A stretch of 64,000 nucleotides of DNA from NCBI RefSeq assembly GCF_009914755.1, contig NC_060936.1; one strand, 5' to 3'. Below are positions 13,296 through 25,671 of this stretch, piece by piece; position 1 is the first letter of the stretch, and each line of letters opens with the position of its first letter. The notes beneath the pieces were generated by a model that made no database searches, was not told the DNA's origin, and worked only from the letters and a program-made list of their open reading frames with translations. Origin of the DNA: the human T2T-CHM13v2.0 reference genome, Homo sapiens. Made by a program: the position numbers and the translations under genes.

Positions 13296-13475
13296 ATAAA
13301 GCAAACATAAGCTTTATTTTTTCCCAGAATTACACAATGACATTCACCTGGAATGTAGGAAAACATTTTGCCAAATTCTAGATGAATTTCATTGTGTGAT
13401 TCATCTGGAATTTAACATTTTGCTGAATTTAATAATTTACTAAATTTTGCTGGATGTATAATTTTATCTGGAAAA
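13296..13475. repeat. Palindromic AT-rich element, probable ancient non-autonomous DNA transposon (MER135-like, unverified)
   Basis: Inverted arms 13329-13354 and 13375-13400 match at 22/26. Repeated 'attcatctggaat' and 'attttgctg' units. Confidence 0.45.
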
Positions 13476-13494
13476 TATATAATGTGGCATCTCT

Positions 13495-14510
13495 TATGTA
13501 GAGGATAGAATATTAGTGTTAAACAGAATTGGTTTGAACCCTGGCTTTGCAAACTACTAGCTGTGGTTGCTTAGGCAAGCTGTGTATCTCCCCTGAGCCT
13601 CATCTCACTATTAAAAATAAAAAAATACTAGAATTCAAACTCAGTCTTTTTTATTTTGAATTATATTAACTCCAAACTTGGCATGAGCATATTTGCAGAA
13701 AGTCCAATGTCTCCTCCCATCGTCCAAGATTCCTAGAGAATTGCTCCATCTAATGTTATCTGCCCTGCTTCCAAATGCCAGGCTCAGAGAAAACCAGGAA
13801 GTTCATCCATTGATTTCTGTCACTATACACACAGCCGCTATGGAAAAATAGTTCCCAGCACATTCTAACTGGTGATTTTGCATGCTACTGAAACGGATTC
13901 CTCAACACTTGCGAGCTTCATGATACCATCTGTCATGTAGAAGCACCTCAGCCAGTGTTCCTACATGTCCACCCTGATGCAGTAGCCAGGACAGGAAAGG
14001 CTGCCAGCTTCAGCCCTTCTGCAGGAGCCTCTAAACCACAGTTCTGAGCCTGGCCAGGCTCTCCTTTGCCTCATGGTGACCTATTTGGGGCTCCTGATAG
14101 CCTTTCCTGCCAGCAGCCTCAGTCAAGAACAGAAAGACTTCAAAGAGGTTCCGGTAGCATTAAAATCACAAAAGGATCCTTCTCCAACAACCCCAAATGA
14201 CCCCTTGGAAAATTTGCTAACACCTCTGTGACCCAATCTTGAGGAGGCTTGAGTCAGCCATAATTTAGCAGATCATAAAAGGACCTATTATTACCTTCCC
14301 CCAGGGAAATAGATACCTCCTAGGTGACTAGAGGCAAGTAAAGTGACTGTTTAAAGTTCTTTCTAGGTTTAAGTTCACTAGTAAAGCTTCTCTTTCTTTT
14401 ATGTTCTGCCTCATCACATATATCATACATCGTGCTATTGTTAGGATTAATGAGATGACATATGTAAAGTACCCGCTACATAGTAGACACTTTATACATG
14501 TTAATTTTCT
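13495..14510 (+). mobile_element. MIR split in two (about 13495-13632 and 14410-14510) by a ~770-bp insert
   Basis: 5' half 'gtttgaaccctggctttgcaaactactagctgtggttgcttaggcaagc...ctgagcctca'. 3' half 'gctattgttaggattaatgagatgacatatgtaaagtacc...acatagtagacact'. Confidence 0.65.
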
Positions 14511-17500
14511 CTCGTGTTCGATATTCTTAATTTTTAATTTAGATCTTCATTGCTATTTTTCATTTTCACTATATCCCACATGAGATTATAGAATCTATAG
14601 AGGGAGTTATGTCTTATATATCTTTCACATCCACAGATTATTTAGTATAATTCCTTGAAGTTACATATTAATTGCTATATAATTATTATTTCAGTGAATA
14701 CTTTGAGATTGATTCTTTCCATATGTAGATAATAAAATCTGCTTTTTAAATTTCTTTGTGTGACTTTCTGCTATGAAAGTTATTATTCTGAGAAGAAGCT
14801 TGGCAAGGAAAGGAGATGAATTTCTAATCCAACTATTTGCATTTTGATAACTGAATCACCCATCAGTCAATAACACTTAAATTGCTTAGAAATTTTCTTG
14901 AACACTTGAAATAATGGGTTCCCTTCTTTCTCAGAAATGGTGAGGCAAGAATACATTTGTAAGAGGCATACTGTTGCAATGATTTTTTACTTCATGTTTC
15001 ATTGTGTTGAATTTTGAACTTTTCCATGTTGTAAATTCTTCAAAAATATTATTTTAATGCTATACTTTATATAATGTGGACATTTCTCATGGTTATACCA
15101 AATTTTTTCTATTGTTTAACTTAAAATAATTGTATTATCATTTTTGTAAAATTTCCATATTTCTGTATATTTCCTTGGAAAATATGATGGGAACACGTGG
15201 AAGATTCTTACTTTTTAGATTTACACCTTTGATATCTGCTAACTTAACATTTCTTCTTCCATCTAATCTTGAAATACCTCCACAGACCCATGACTTGTAT
15301 AAATCTATTATTTTGCTGACCTTCCCACATGTGTGCTGCCCAGGGCTAGTGTTAATAGCATGCACTTTGCCTATATTAAGGAAGTCTAGCAGCTGCATGC
15401 CCCTCTGCTTCCTTCTAGCTGCAAATTCTAGTACATGGAAAGACTTGTGCAATACATGTGACTCCTGCTCTTAAGGTCCAGACCCAATTGGCCTTTGAGA
15501 TTTGTCACATCCAGCTGATGCCCCTTGCTGCCTCTAAAAGGCAACACAGATGAACTTCAGGAGCCAGGGAATCTCCCCGACAACTTCCAGCGGTGGGCAG
15601 TGTTATGGATAGGAAGCCACATGCCCAACTTGACCCAGTGAGCTGTTACCACCTTTATGATATGATCACTTCATTCTACCAGAAGAGCTCTTAGAAAACT
15701 TGACCCCTAGATTAGAGCTTTCAATTAACATCTATGGAGAATTTAAATGAATAGGCACTAGGAATTTTCTCTGCGCATCACTATCTCCCTTAGAAAAATA
15801 GACTGCTTTGTCCTCATCTCTCTGCCTGTATGTACCTCCTTGCCTTCTCACTGCTGTCCAGACTTTGGACCCTAGCAGCACTGAAAATACCAGGGATACT
15901 GCTGCCCAGTAAACTGCAGGCAAGAAGGGTGTACAGCACCCCTCATTCAAAACCACTTTCCAATCTTAGGGGAGAATTTTCTGTCCACATCTCCTGTCCC
16001 ACCGCCAACCAACACAAGAAAGGGTGCAATGTGAATCTTTTTTTGTCCATACATTCTTCTCTCCAAGTCTGTTTCTGAAGCCCCTTTAAAAATTCTTTCC
16101 ATGTTAAAAAATCCCCCAAAACTAATTCTACCTAATTCACATCAATGACCTTAATTCAAACTCAAGGAAGCCCCTTGTAATAATTAAGGTCTGGGCTTTT
16201 ATTCTCAGTTAGCCAAGGATTGTCTTCATAGAATCCCTGCGTTTTAGTCTCAGCCACAGTTTGTAAAAGAGAGGCTTTCCGGTAGTCTATGCCTGGGGAT
16301 AGGAAAGAACACTTTCCTCAAATTCTTTATTTCATATTCTCACAACAATTTTGTTATTACTTGTTTCCGTTAGCGTTAATAACTACCCTTTTTAAGTGCT
16401 CTGTTTCACAAATTTAATATTTGCACACATTGATGCCTATGATAGATATTTAGTTCATCAACTTTTTTTGTTTTATATTTTAGCAAATGAAAAGAGACTC
16501 ACTTTTAACATGGCATTAGTTACCTTTGATTTTGCTTAACCCATGTCATTGTCTTATTTCCAGAGATGGTTTATCACCTTGTTCCTGACAATACGTATAC
16601 GTAGAGTAATTGCTCACCTCAATTACCAAAATATGTCCCAAATTCTCTGCTATGGTCTAAAATTCCTGTGGTCAAATTTACCACTTGAATTGTTCTTTGT
16701 AACCAAAGTTGGATCATTTTCTCTACTAGACCAGTTAAAATACATGTGGGCACTGAATTTTTCTTTTGATGAAGGGATGTTGATTCAGTTATCAGACTAG
16801 CTTAGGAATAAATTTGGGTGGACCTAAGAAATACATGTAGACTATTCCTTTAAATATTGTAGTCATACACCTATATTTTATTACTCTAAAATCTACAATG
16901 TTCGTTTACATCTATAATCATTTTTAACCCTCACAAAAAACTGTGAATTATGTAGCTTGTGCACAGAGCTAATAAATAGTAGAAACTACAAGCTAACGTA
17001 GATGTCACTTTGTTAAGATACGCAAAAATGGTCTCCAAAAATATACTACATGTCAGAAAGTATCCTACCCACATCTTCCCACTGAGCACTGGAAATGATG
17101 GCTGACTGCATGATATTTCAATGATTGGGAGAGATGTTTATATTGATGTAAATAAAATAAGGGCTGAAACTCCTGAAGATGTAGTCTGATCAATCTACTC
17201 ATGTTTCAGAGTACTTGCTATGTGCTCAGCACTGTTTAGAGTTTTATGGGCCATTCAAAAGAACACAATGTTGTTCTATTTATCAAATAGCTCATAATCT
17301 GTGTGAGGAAATCAATTTAACCTGAAGAATTATTAGAAAAAATAATCAAGAATTCATAGAAAAAAATTAATATTAGGGTTTGGAGCACTGATCATGCAGG
17401 AATTCCGAAAAGGCAAAGAACAATAGGGGCTGGAGTCCTCAGAGGATGATTCCTTGAGGAAATAACACATGAGTTGAGCTTTGGGGAGAAATGGGACCCA

Positions 17501-18119
17501 GCAGCACCCAAATCTCAGCTCCTCCACCCACTTTTTAATTTTGTTTGGAATGTTACCTAAACTCCTTGAACCACACATGTTGACAGTGGTAAAATGAGGA
17601 GGCAATGCTTATTTTACTTATTGTGACTATTAAGTAAGATGTTTTATAGAAAATACAAGTGCTTGATAATAACAAAAATCTCCATTTCTTTTTTACTTTT
17701 AAAATCTATTATTTAAACTTGTTTACTATTTAATGACTTTTATTTGTCTTTCTTTTCTTCTCTGGACATGTAAAAGGAGGTAATGAAAACATTCAAGAAG
17801 ACAGAAAATGAAAATTATTGTAAACCACAGCACTAAAATAATAGATACAGAAAGCCTTGAGGACACAGACTTATCTGTGGGTTAGTGGAAAAAATAAATT
17901 CTTGATTTTCAAAGACTACCTCTCTTCTACTTTTTATCTTGATATATAATTATTTGTCTTATATTTATTATTGAACTATGAGGTGTTGACTTTTGTGGGT
18001 CTTTTTAGTTTTAATTGTTTATTTTTATCCTCCAAGACCCTTGGCAAAATTCCTTGCATATAGTTTTTTAGGACATGTTATTCATTTGTGTATTCATTAA
18101 GTAAATATTTCTTCAGCAG

Positions 18120-18730
18120 TGAAGGAAACCAAAAATATTTCACCCGAAAATATATTTCTTTGGCCTATTTTGAGATGACTATTCAGACGGGTTACAGACC
18201 ACAGGAATAGCTCTGAAAAGCTTCCCTTTGTGGGGGGAGATTTGCATTTGTAGGGAAAATCTACATTAGTGAAATAAACAGCCAGGCTTTCTCCGGAGTC
18301 CTCCTTAGCCTCATCTAAAAAAGATTAACTCACAGAAAAAAAGAGACTCAGAGTCTAACAATCTTAAAGGTCTGATGGAAAAACTTACCACAGGCTAGCG
18401 TCTCATCTTTCTGAGGGCTGCTACCTGTGAGGCTTCATCTGAGTAACAAGACCATCTTGCTGGCCACACCTTTCCTCCTTTGCCTTCTGTAACCTGTCTT
18501 GCCATGCTCCAATCCTTTATTTTTTCTGTAACCTCAGGATGGTATACAAACTTCAACTATCTGGCTCTTCTTTTGAGTCCCACACTTTATGCATAGTTCC
18601 GGTGTCCATATGCACATTAAGAGAAATTTGTATGCTTTTTTCCCCTGTTAGTCTGTCTTTTGTTACAGAAGTGTCCCAACTAAGAACCTATGAGAGTTAG
18701 GGAAAGAAATTACACATTTTGTCCCCGTCA
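18120..18730 (+). mobile_element. MER34(A)-type ERV1 solo LTR inserted in an L2 3' end
   Basis: Starts 'tgaaggaaaccaaaaatatttcacccgaaaatata' and ends 'tgtccccgtca'. 4-bp TSD GCAG/GCAC. Flanks rejoin as L2 'attcattaagtaaatatttcttcagca|cctact'. Confidence 0.85.
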
Positions 18731-18879
18731 GCACCTACTTGTGGGGAAAAAAAAAAAAAATCAGGTTGTATATGTAATGTGGAACCAGATCATGAAACAC
18801 TTTGGACTCTGACATCAACATTTTAAACTTATAAGAAAAACAATAATGCCCTTATCTCTTTCTGTCACTCTAAATTATG

Positions 18880-19130
18880 CCTTACTCTAGCATTCTTCAA
18901 AGAGCATAAGCCAAGCTGTGTCATCCTTTAGTACTTCTTTTATGTGGCTTCCTCTTCCTGGAATCACTCCCCTGTCTGCCACCTGGAAAATATCTACTCT
19001 TGTCCCAGCACTTAGATGAATGAAACATTTTCTGACCTTCTCCTTCCCCACCCCTTCAGGGAGGTTATTCTAGTTTCTCCTTTCTGCTTGCTCTGAATCT
19101 AGTACTTATTTTTATCACAGCCCTATAACA
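18880..19130 (+). mobile_element. L2 fragment
   Basis: 'tggcttcctcttcctggaatcactcccc...aaaatatctactct...ttttctgacct'. Confidence 0.5.
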
Positions 19131-19178
19131 TTATTCCATCCATTCGTTCAAATCTTTTTCTATTATAATGTAGTACTA

Positions 19179-19209
19179 TTAGACCGCAATTACTTTTGCA
19201 CCAACCTAA
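19179..19209. mobile_element. Internally deleted MADE1 (Hsmar1 MITE)
   Basis: TA + TTAG + ACCGCAATTACTTTTGCACCAACCTAA + TA: the right TIR portion is exact and the TA duplication is present. Confidence 0.85.
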
Positions 19210-20190
19210 TACATTAGAAATGTAAATACTAGGGAAGTGGTGGTAAGGGGGAAACTCATTTGCATAAATTTAGGTCATTTCTCTTATACATACCTAGTAA
19301 GTGTTCCACAATTCAAGGTTTTACCCAGATGTGCGTACAACCTGAAAATCTTCAGGATGCTGGCAAAATAAGAAATTTAGTTTAATAACCCTATCATTGT
19401 ACAATGAGGAAACCAACTGAGATAAATAGGATCATTGAGCAGCACTTTGCATGAATATTTTTTAGTTATGCCTGTAAGAGACAGCAACATTATTTTTGTA
19501 TTGCTGAAGTGCTTTGAGAGTAATGCCCTGGTGACAGCATAAACAAAATACAAAGGCCAGTTTGTTTTTATATATAAATGGGGGATTGTTGGTGAAGAGT
19601 TGTGCCAGCCAGTACAGAGTGGAATAGTGTTTTATTCCTCTCAAGATAGATAGATGGCTGAATTGCCCAAGTTCCTGCTGTTTTATAGCCTGCCCCTTGA
19701 ATTTAATAATGAATAACTACTTTTTTTTTTTGCATGGTTGGTGAGGAAATATATAATTTAAATGAAACTGAACAAATCATATCATCACTAAAAATATGTT
19801 CACCTGATATTTTACCTAAATGATATATTGCCAAAAATATTAAATATCCTATTTATTAAACATTATGGGGTTTTCAAAGTAAATTATGTCTTTATTAAAA
19901 TGGAACTGACACCTTGTTAATGCATTACACTTTTAAAATGTACAGAGGTTTACAGCACAGAGAGATGCAGAAAAGTTACTATAATTCTGAAAAAAGAGAC
20001 GGGAAAGCTTACTTCTAGTAGCTCCCATTGGGAAGGAGTGATTGGGAAAGGCTTCTCAAACAGAATAAACTTGAAAAGTGAGTCTGCCAATTGAGGAAGG
20101 AAGAATTAGAAGAGAAGATTTGAGTGGAATCATGGAGGCCATTGCACACTATGAGAGAATTTTATTTTTGTTTGATAGATATAAAGGAGT

Positions 20191-20896
20191 TGTGATTATT
20201 AATTTTATGTGTCAATTTGGCTAGGCTATAGTACTTACTTAACCAAACACTAATTTAGGTATTGTTATTATGGTATTTTGTGGATGTGGGTAATATCTGC
20301 AATCAGTTGATTTTACGTAAAGTAGATTTCCCTCCACAATGTGGGAAGATCTCATCCAATCATGTGAAGGTCTTAAGAGAAAACCCTGAGGATTCTCAGA
20401 TAAGAGAAAATTCTGCTTCAAGACTGTAGGATCACCTACTGCCAAGTTTTGAGCCTTTCAGCCAGCCTTGGGGATTTCTTACTTGCCAACCCTACACCCA
20501 CATCCTCTGAACCAATTCCTTAAAATAAATCTCTGTAAACATGTCTACATGTATACACACACACACACACACACACACACATTTTTTTTTTTTTTTGAAA
20601 CAAAGTCTCGCTCTGTCGCCAGGCTGGAGTGCAGTGGTGCGATTTTGGCTCACTGCGACACACACATTTTATTAAGCAGAATCTATACATTTAACAGAAC
20701 CTATACATATAGATTATATGTGTGTATATGTGAACCTATATAGAATACATATATTCAAAATAGATGTATTTAGAATATTTAAAATATATGTATTCTATTT
20801 ATAGGCACATATATATAGGTTCTGTTGGTTCTGAAAAATACACACACACACACACATATAATGCTTATTCTATTGTTTCTCTTAAAAACTAATAAA
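20191..20896 (+). mobile_element. MLT2 (MLT2D-like) ERVL LTR with internal (CA)n/TA-rich expansion and Alu fragment
   Basis: Starts 'tgtgattattaattttatgtgtcaatttggctaggctatagt'. Contains 'ctcatccaatcatgtgaaggtcttaagag' and 'ccaattccttaaaataaatctct'. Confidence 0.85.
20582..20657 (-). mobile_element. Severely 5'-truncated Alu (AluSc-like)
   Basis: T15 + 'gaaacaaagtctcgctctgtcgccaggctggagtgcagtggtgcgattttggctcactgc'. TSD ACACACACATTTT at 20573-20585 and 20658-20670. Confidence 0.9.
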
Positions 20897-21074
20897 TGGA
20901 ATCAGGAGTTATAACAAGTTTTAAACAAAACTATACTTATTACCTTTCTGGCAGAAATTAGATTCTGTAATTTTAAGCTCTTATTGGTCATTAGTTTATG
21001 CCAGATTTATGCTACATGCAATACAGTAAACAGAAGCATAAAACAATGCCAGTTTTCAGGGATTTCTGTAATCG

Positions 21075-21300
21075 TTGCTAACAGTTTTTATCACTTGTGT
21101 GTGGTAGGCAATGTGCTAAGTGTTTTTTAAATTTTTTACTTAAGTAATCAATGCAACATTCCTATGAGGTGGATATTTTTAACATAGATATTATTATATT
21201 TGTAATTTGACAGATGAATTAATTGAATTTACAGCTAGTAAATGTCATACCCAGTGCCAAACCTGGGCTATAATGCATGAAATATGTATTCTGCCACCAA
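21075..21300 (-). mobile_element. MIR (copy 1 of ancient duplication)
   Basis: 'ggcaatgtgctaagtgtttt...caacattcctatgaggtggatatt...tttgacagatga...acagctagtaaatg'. Confidence 0.65.
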
Positions 21301-21606
21301 AATGCACATCTGCTCATGTAATACAATTTAACTATGATCGATGACCAGTGAACAATGTAAAACCATGCTTTTAAATATTCATAAAGAAAAACATAGGTAG
21401 CTATATTTCTTGTAGAAAAGGGTTTCTAAGCACAGGAGGCTTCATGGGTTGTGGAAGGAGGCTACTGGCTTAACCACTAAGAATAGAGAAATAGCATAGA
21501 ATGTGATGACCAGCTCTAAGAAACATTAAAGCAATCATGGTATTTCAAAACCTCCATTAACCAACTTCAAGTCATACTTTAATAGATTTGCTTCAGACCT
21601 TTAGAC

Positions 21607-21795
21607 TAGGGCTCTTCAGAATACGGCTCTGTGACTAGTAACATCAGCCTCACCACTACCCGAGAGCTTGCTAGAAAAGCAAACTTGGAGACTTCATTCC
21701 AGATATTATATATCAAAATCTCTAGGAGTGGGGCCTAGAAATCTGTTTTAAACAGCTAAGTGATCTATGCTTGGGTTAAAGTTCAAAAAGTACTG
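21607..21795. mobile_element. MER5A hAT-Charlie MITE
   Basis: 'gactagtaacatcagcctcacc...gagcttgctagaaaagcaaa...tcaaaatctctaggagtggggcctagaaatctgttttaaaca...aaagttcaaaaagtactg'. Confidence 0.75.
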
Positions 21796-22337
21796 TACTA
21801 GAACAACAGGGCTGACAAAGAAGAGTGCCCTGATGCTGAGGTGAGCTTCCCCAGGGAAAGCAAAATGAAGACATCAAGCTGGAGTGAACTAGAATTAATA
21901 ATGGTTAACGAATGTTCTGTCTTAGGCATCTTGCAAGGTGGGAATCTGGGACAGAAATAACTTCAGGAGAGACAGAACTTAAGGAGAGTCATGGAGAAAA
22001 TGAAATTCTCTCACTTAAGTGAAAATGAGTTCGGACAAAAGTCAGAACGGTAACACCACATAGACCAAAAAGGTCAGGACTGTGTGTGTCTAGGATCAAA
22101 GCAAGGTTAACAATGAGGACAAAGCTTGGCAAGCCAAGGAGACAAAAGTCCTGGGACAAAAGAATCACTATTCTCAAGAGAAACTAAAGATGTAAGAATT
22201 CATAGCCACAGGTCTGAAGTTGAGTATAAACTAATTATTTGGAAGCAGGCAGCCCACATCTATTAGTTCAACCCTCTCACAGTTGTCAATTCCCCATCTT
22301 ATTAGCACCTAATAAAATTATATCTTGTGCCACTGGT

Positions 22338-23600
22338 GCATTCACCTATTGATTCAAAAAATATTTTTGGCACTCCCTATGTGCCCAATACAGTGATAAA
22401 TAGCAGAGATACGAGGGTAAGTGAGACAAATGTGATCCCAGACATCAGGAAAGAGATACTGAATAAATAATTACACAAGTAAGTATTTAATAACAATTAT
22501 TCTAAGTTCTACCTAGAAAAAGTATGGATATTGTGAGTATCACAGGACACCTAACCTATCCTGCAAGGAAGACTGGTGGGAATATGATCTGGGAGTTTTT
22601 CAGAGGAAGTAAATTTTAAATAACAACCTCAGATAAGGTGTTAGCTAAGAAAAGAACTGGAGAAAAGCATCCCAGGCCAAAAGAGCAGCTTATGCAGAGA
22701 CAGAGAGTATGTTAGGATAGAGTGGGAGAGTGCCCAGGGTGACTGGAATGTAGTGAGTGGGGGAAAATAGCCGAAGATGAGGCTAGTGATGATACAGGAC
22801 CTGCCATGGCCTGTTGAAGACATAGCATAGCATCATATGTATAATAAGAAAACATCAAACATTTTTAAGCTAGTAAATAATGACGACACTGACATTGAGA
22901 ATATTCTTCTAGGTGCTCTGATAGAGTTTTGGTACAGAGAAATCTTTTAGGAGTTTATTGCAATCATTCAAGCAAGGGAAAATGATGGCTTGGACTAGGT
23001 TAATGGCGATGAGGAGAGAAAGAATACAATGGATTCGGTATATAGTTATGCAGTACAAAACAAGGTGCTAGTGTCCATAGAGGAAGAAGAAAATATAAAC
23101 TATGACATCTAAGTGGCAGATGGGTGGAGACTGGTCCCATTAACGAGAATAGGGAGAACTGGAAGATGATCCCATTTTACGGGAAATGTCAAGAGTTCAA
23201 TTGTGATTGCTTGAGTTTGAGATGCCTGTATATATACCCGAGTGTAATATAAAATACATAAGTGGGTTAATGAGTCTGGAGCTCAGAAAAGAAATTTGGA
23301 CTGGAGATGTAAGTTTGGATGCATTATACATGATAGATCATGTTATTAGAGTGGATGAAAATATCTAGGGAGAGAGGATGAAATGAGAAAAAAATTCTTA
23401 TCCTTCAAACTTTAAAGCATGATAATAAAAATGTTGCACTGGGAAAGGAGACTGCAAATGAATGGACAGAGAAGCAAAAAGAAAAGGAGGAGAGCCTGTG
23501 TCTCAGAAGCCAGTTGAGATGTTGCTACTGAAGAGTCATTGATTGTGTGACACAGCCCCAGAGGTTTAATCAAATGGAGTGGGACAGACAGATTCACTAT
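22338..23600 (-). mobile_element. L2 LINE 3' portion (copy 1)
   Basis: L2 3' tail 'cattcacctattgattcaaaaaatattt...ctatgtgcc'. Body 'gatggcttggactagg', 'gagtttgagatgcctgta' and 'gagtctggagctcagaaaagaaatttggactggagatgtaagtttgg'. Confidence 0.8.
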
Positions 23601-23810
23601 CTTTTGTTTTCCTATACTTACTGTACTTTCTTAGTCAATCTTGCCCAACTAAAGACTTTTTTTCAGACAAACAAAGCTGCACAAATTCATTGCCTATAGA
23701 CCTGCAGCACAAATAATGCAAAGGAAGTTCTTTAGGTGGATGATAGCCAAGGGTGTTCCCCAGAGCAATGGATTACGAAGGCCCAAGGTATAAAAGTCTA
23801 TATTCTACCA

Positions 23811-24162
23811 CTCAGCCATTAAAAAAAGAACAAGATCATATCCTTTGCAGGGACAAGGATGGAACTGGAGGCCGTTATCCTTAGCAGACTAACACAGGAA
23901 CAGAACACCAAATACTGCATGTTCTCACTTATAAGTGGGAGCTTAATGATGGGAACACATGGACACATAGAGGAGAACAACAGACACTGGGGCCCACCAG
24001 AGGGTGGAGGGTGGGAGGAGGAAAAAATTCAGGAAAAATAATTAATGAGTACTAGGCTTAATACCTGGGTGATGAGGAAATAATCTGTACAGCAAATCCC
24101 CATGACATAGGTTTACCTATTTAACAAACCTCCACATGTACTCCTAAACTTAAAAGTTTTCA
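23811..24162 (+). mobile_element. 5'-truncated L1PA (L1PA13-like) 3' end
   Basis: 'cagccattaaaaaaagaacaagatcatatcctttgcaggg...gttctcacttataagtgggagc...aggaaaaataattaatgagtactaggcttaatacctgggtgatg'. Degenerate TSD 'aaaagtctatatt' / 'aaaagtccacatt'. Confidence 0.9.
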
Positions 24163-24999
24163 AAAAGTCCACATTACATCCATGCTACTCTCTAGTCAGA
24201 AGCAGAATACAATATAAGCATAACATTCTAACTTATTTTTTAACTTTATGTATATATGTATACATAAACATCAGTAAATTGAATTACTGTTCAAGTCTCT
24301 TAGGTTATCGGATCATTACTGAAGGAAAACAAGGCATTGAAAAGTTTTTGGAAACATGAGATTTGATAAATCATGGAAAATATATAGGAAAATACCAGTC
24401 ACAAATAAATCTCATAATCTATAGCCTAATATTGCTTGATAATATATATAATAAAATATATTACTTATAATCAGATGTATTATTTGAAGTTTGTTTAATT
24501 AATTGATATTTTTATACTTGATACAATCTATTATTGAGTAATTATTTAATAATCTATATATAATAAAATCCATCACTACATAGAATTTGCACTAAAATTA
24601 CCTGTATGACCAAGTCAGAGTATACAAAGGGTAAAATTATGATAAATACTGAAATTAAATTACCTTAAATGCCTGATGAGTTTATTTTTTCCTCTCAGCA
24701 TTAAGAAGTTGGTAAAAATTGATATAAAAATTAGCAAACACTTTAAAATGTGTCCCATTTTTTGGCAGAACATAACCCTTGTGTTTCTACACTTGGCTCT
24801 CCTTGTGAGAGATAATATTTTCTGAATCATTGAGACCTGACAAAACAAAAGGCTTCAGAAAATCTGGCTAAATTCATCAGCCAGTCAGTAAGTAAGCATT
24901 TATTATAAACCAATTTTATGCAAGCTCTGTACTAGATGTGTACAATACAGAAGCATAAAGCATGGTGACAGCTTGCATAAAGTTTATATATTAATAGTA

Positions 25000-25262
25000 A
25001 CTAACAACTAGGAGCACTTACTATATACAAGCACTATGCTTGGTACGTTTTTTTCATGTTCTTTCATTTAATCAGTCCTTACAATATTCCCATGACATAG
25101 GCATTATTATTAGTAGTAGTATTTTCATTTGAGAAATAAATACAGTGAGGTTTAATGAGCTTAGGTAACTTGGCTATGGACAAACAATAACTAAGCGTAC
25201 AATATGACATTAAAGTCCAAAGTGTGAGAAATGAAAGTTCATGCTTTTAACAATTAAATATA
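25000..25262 (-). mobile_element. MIR (copy 2 of ancient duplication)
   Basis: 'gagcacttactatatacaagcactatgct...tcatttaatcagtccttacaatattcccatgacataggcattattatt...ttaggtaacttgg'. Confidence 0.65.
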
Positions 25263-25295
25263 CTCTCTCTCCCACTTTACAACTAATTGGGAAGG

Positions 25296-25671
25296 TGATA
25301 TAGTTTGGTTCTGTGTCCCTACCTAAATCTCACCTTGAATTGTAATCCTTTTTATCCCCACGTGTCAAGGGTGGGACCAGGTGGAGGTAATTGGATCATG
25401 GGGGTGGTTTTCCTCATGCTGTTCTCATGACAGTGAGTTCTCACGACATCTGATGGTTTTATAAGTGTCTGGCATTTCCTCTGCTTGCAATCACTCCATC
25501 CTGCCACCCTACGAAGAAGGTGCCTACTTCTCCCTTGCCTTCTGCCATGATTGTTAAGTTTCCTGAAGCCTCCCCAGCAATGCAGAACTGTGAGTCAATT
25601 AAAATTTTTTATTTTATAAATTACCCAGTCTTGGGTATTTCTTCGTAGTAGTGTGAGAATGGACTAATGCA
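25296..25671 (+). mobile_element. THE1C MaLR solo LTR
   Basis: Starts 'tgatatagtttggttctgtgtccctacctaaatctcaccttgaattgtaat' and ends 'ggactaatgca'. Perfect 5-bp TSD GAAGG (25291-25295, 25672-25676). Confidence 0.95.
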
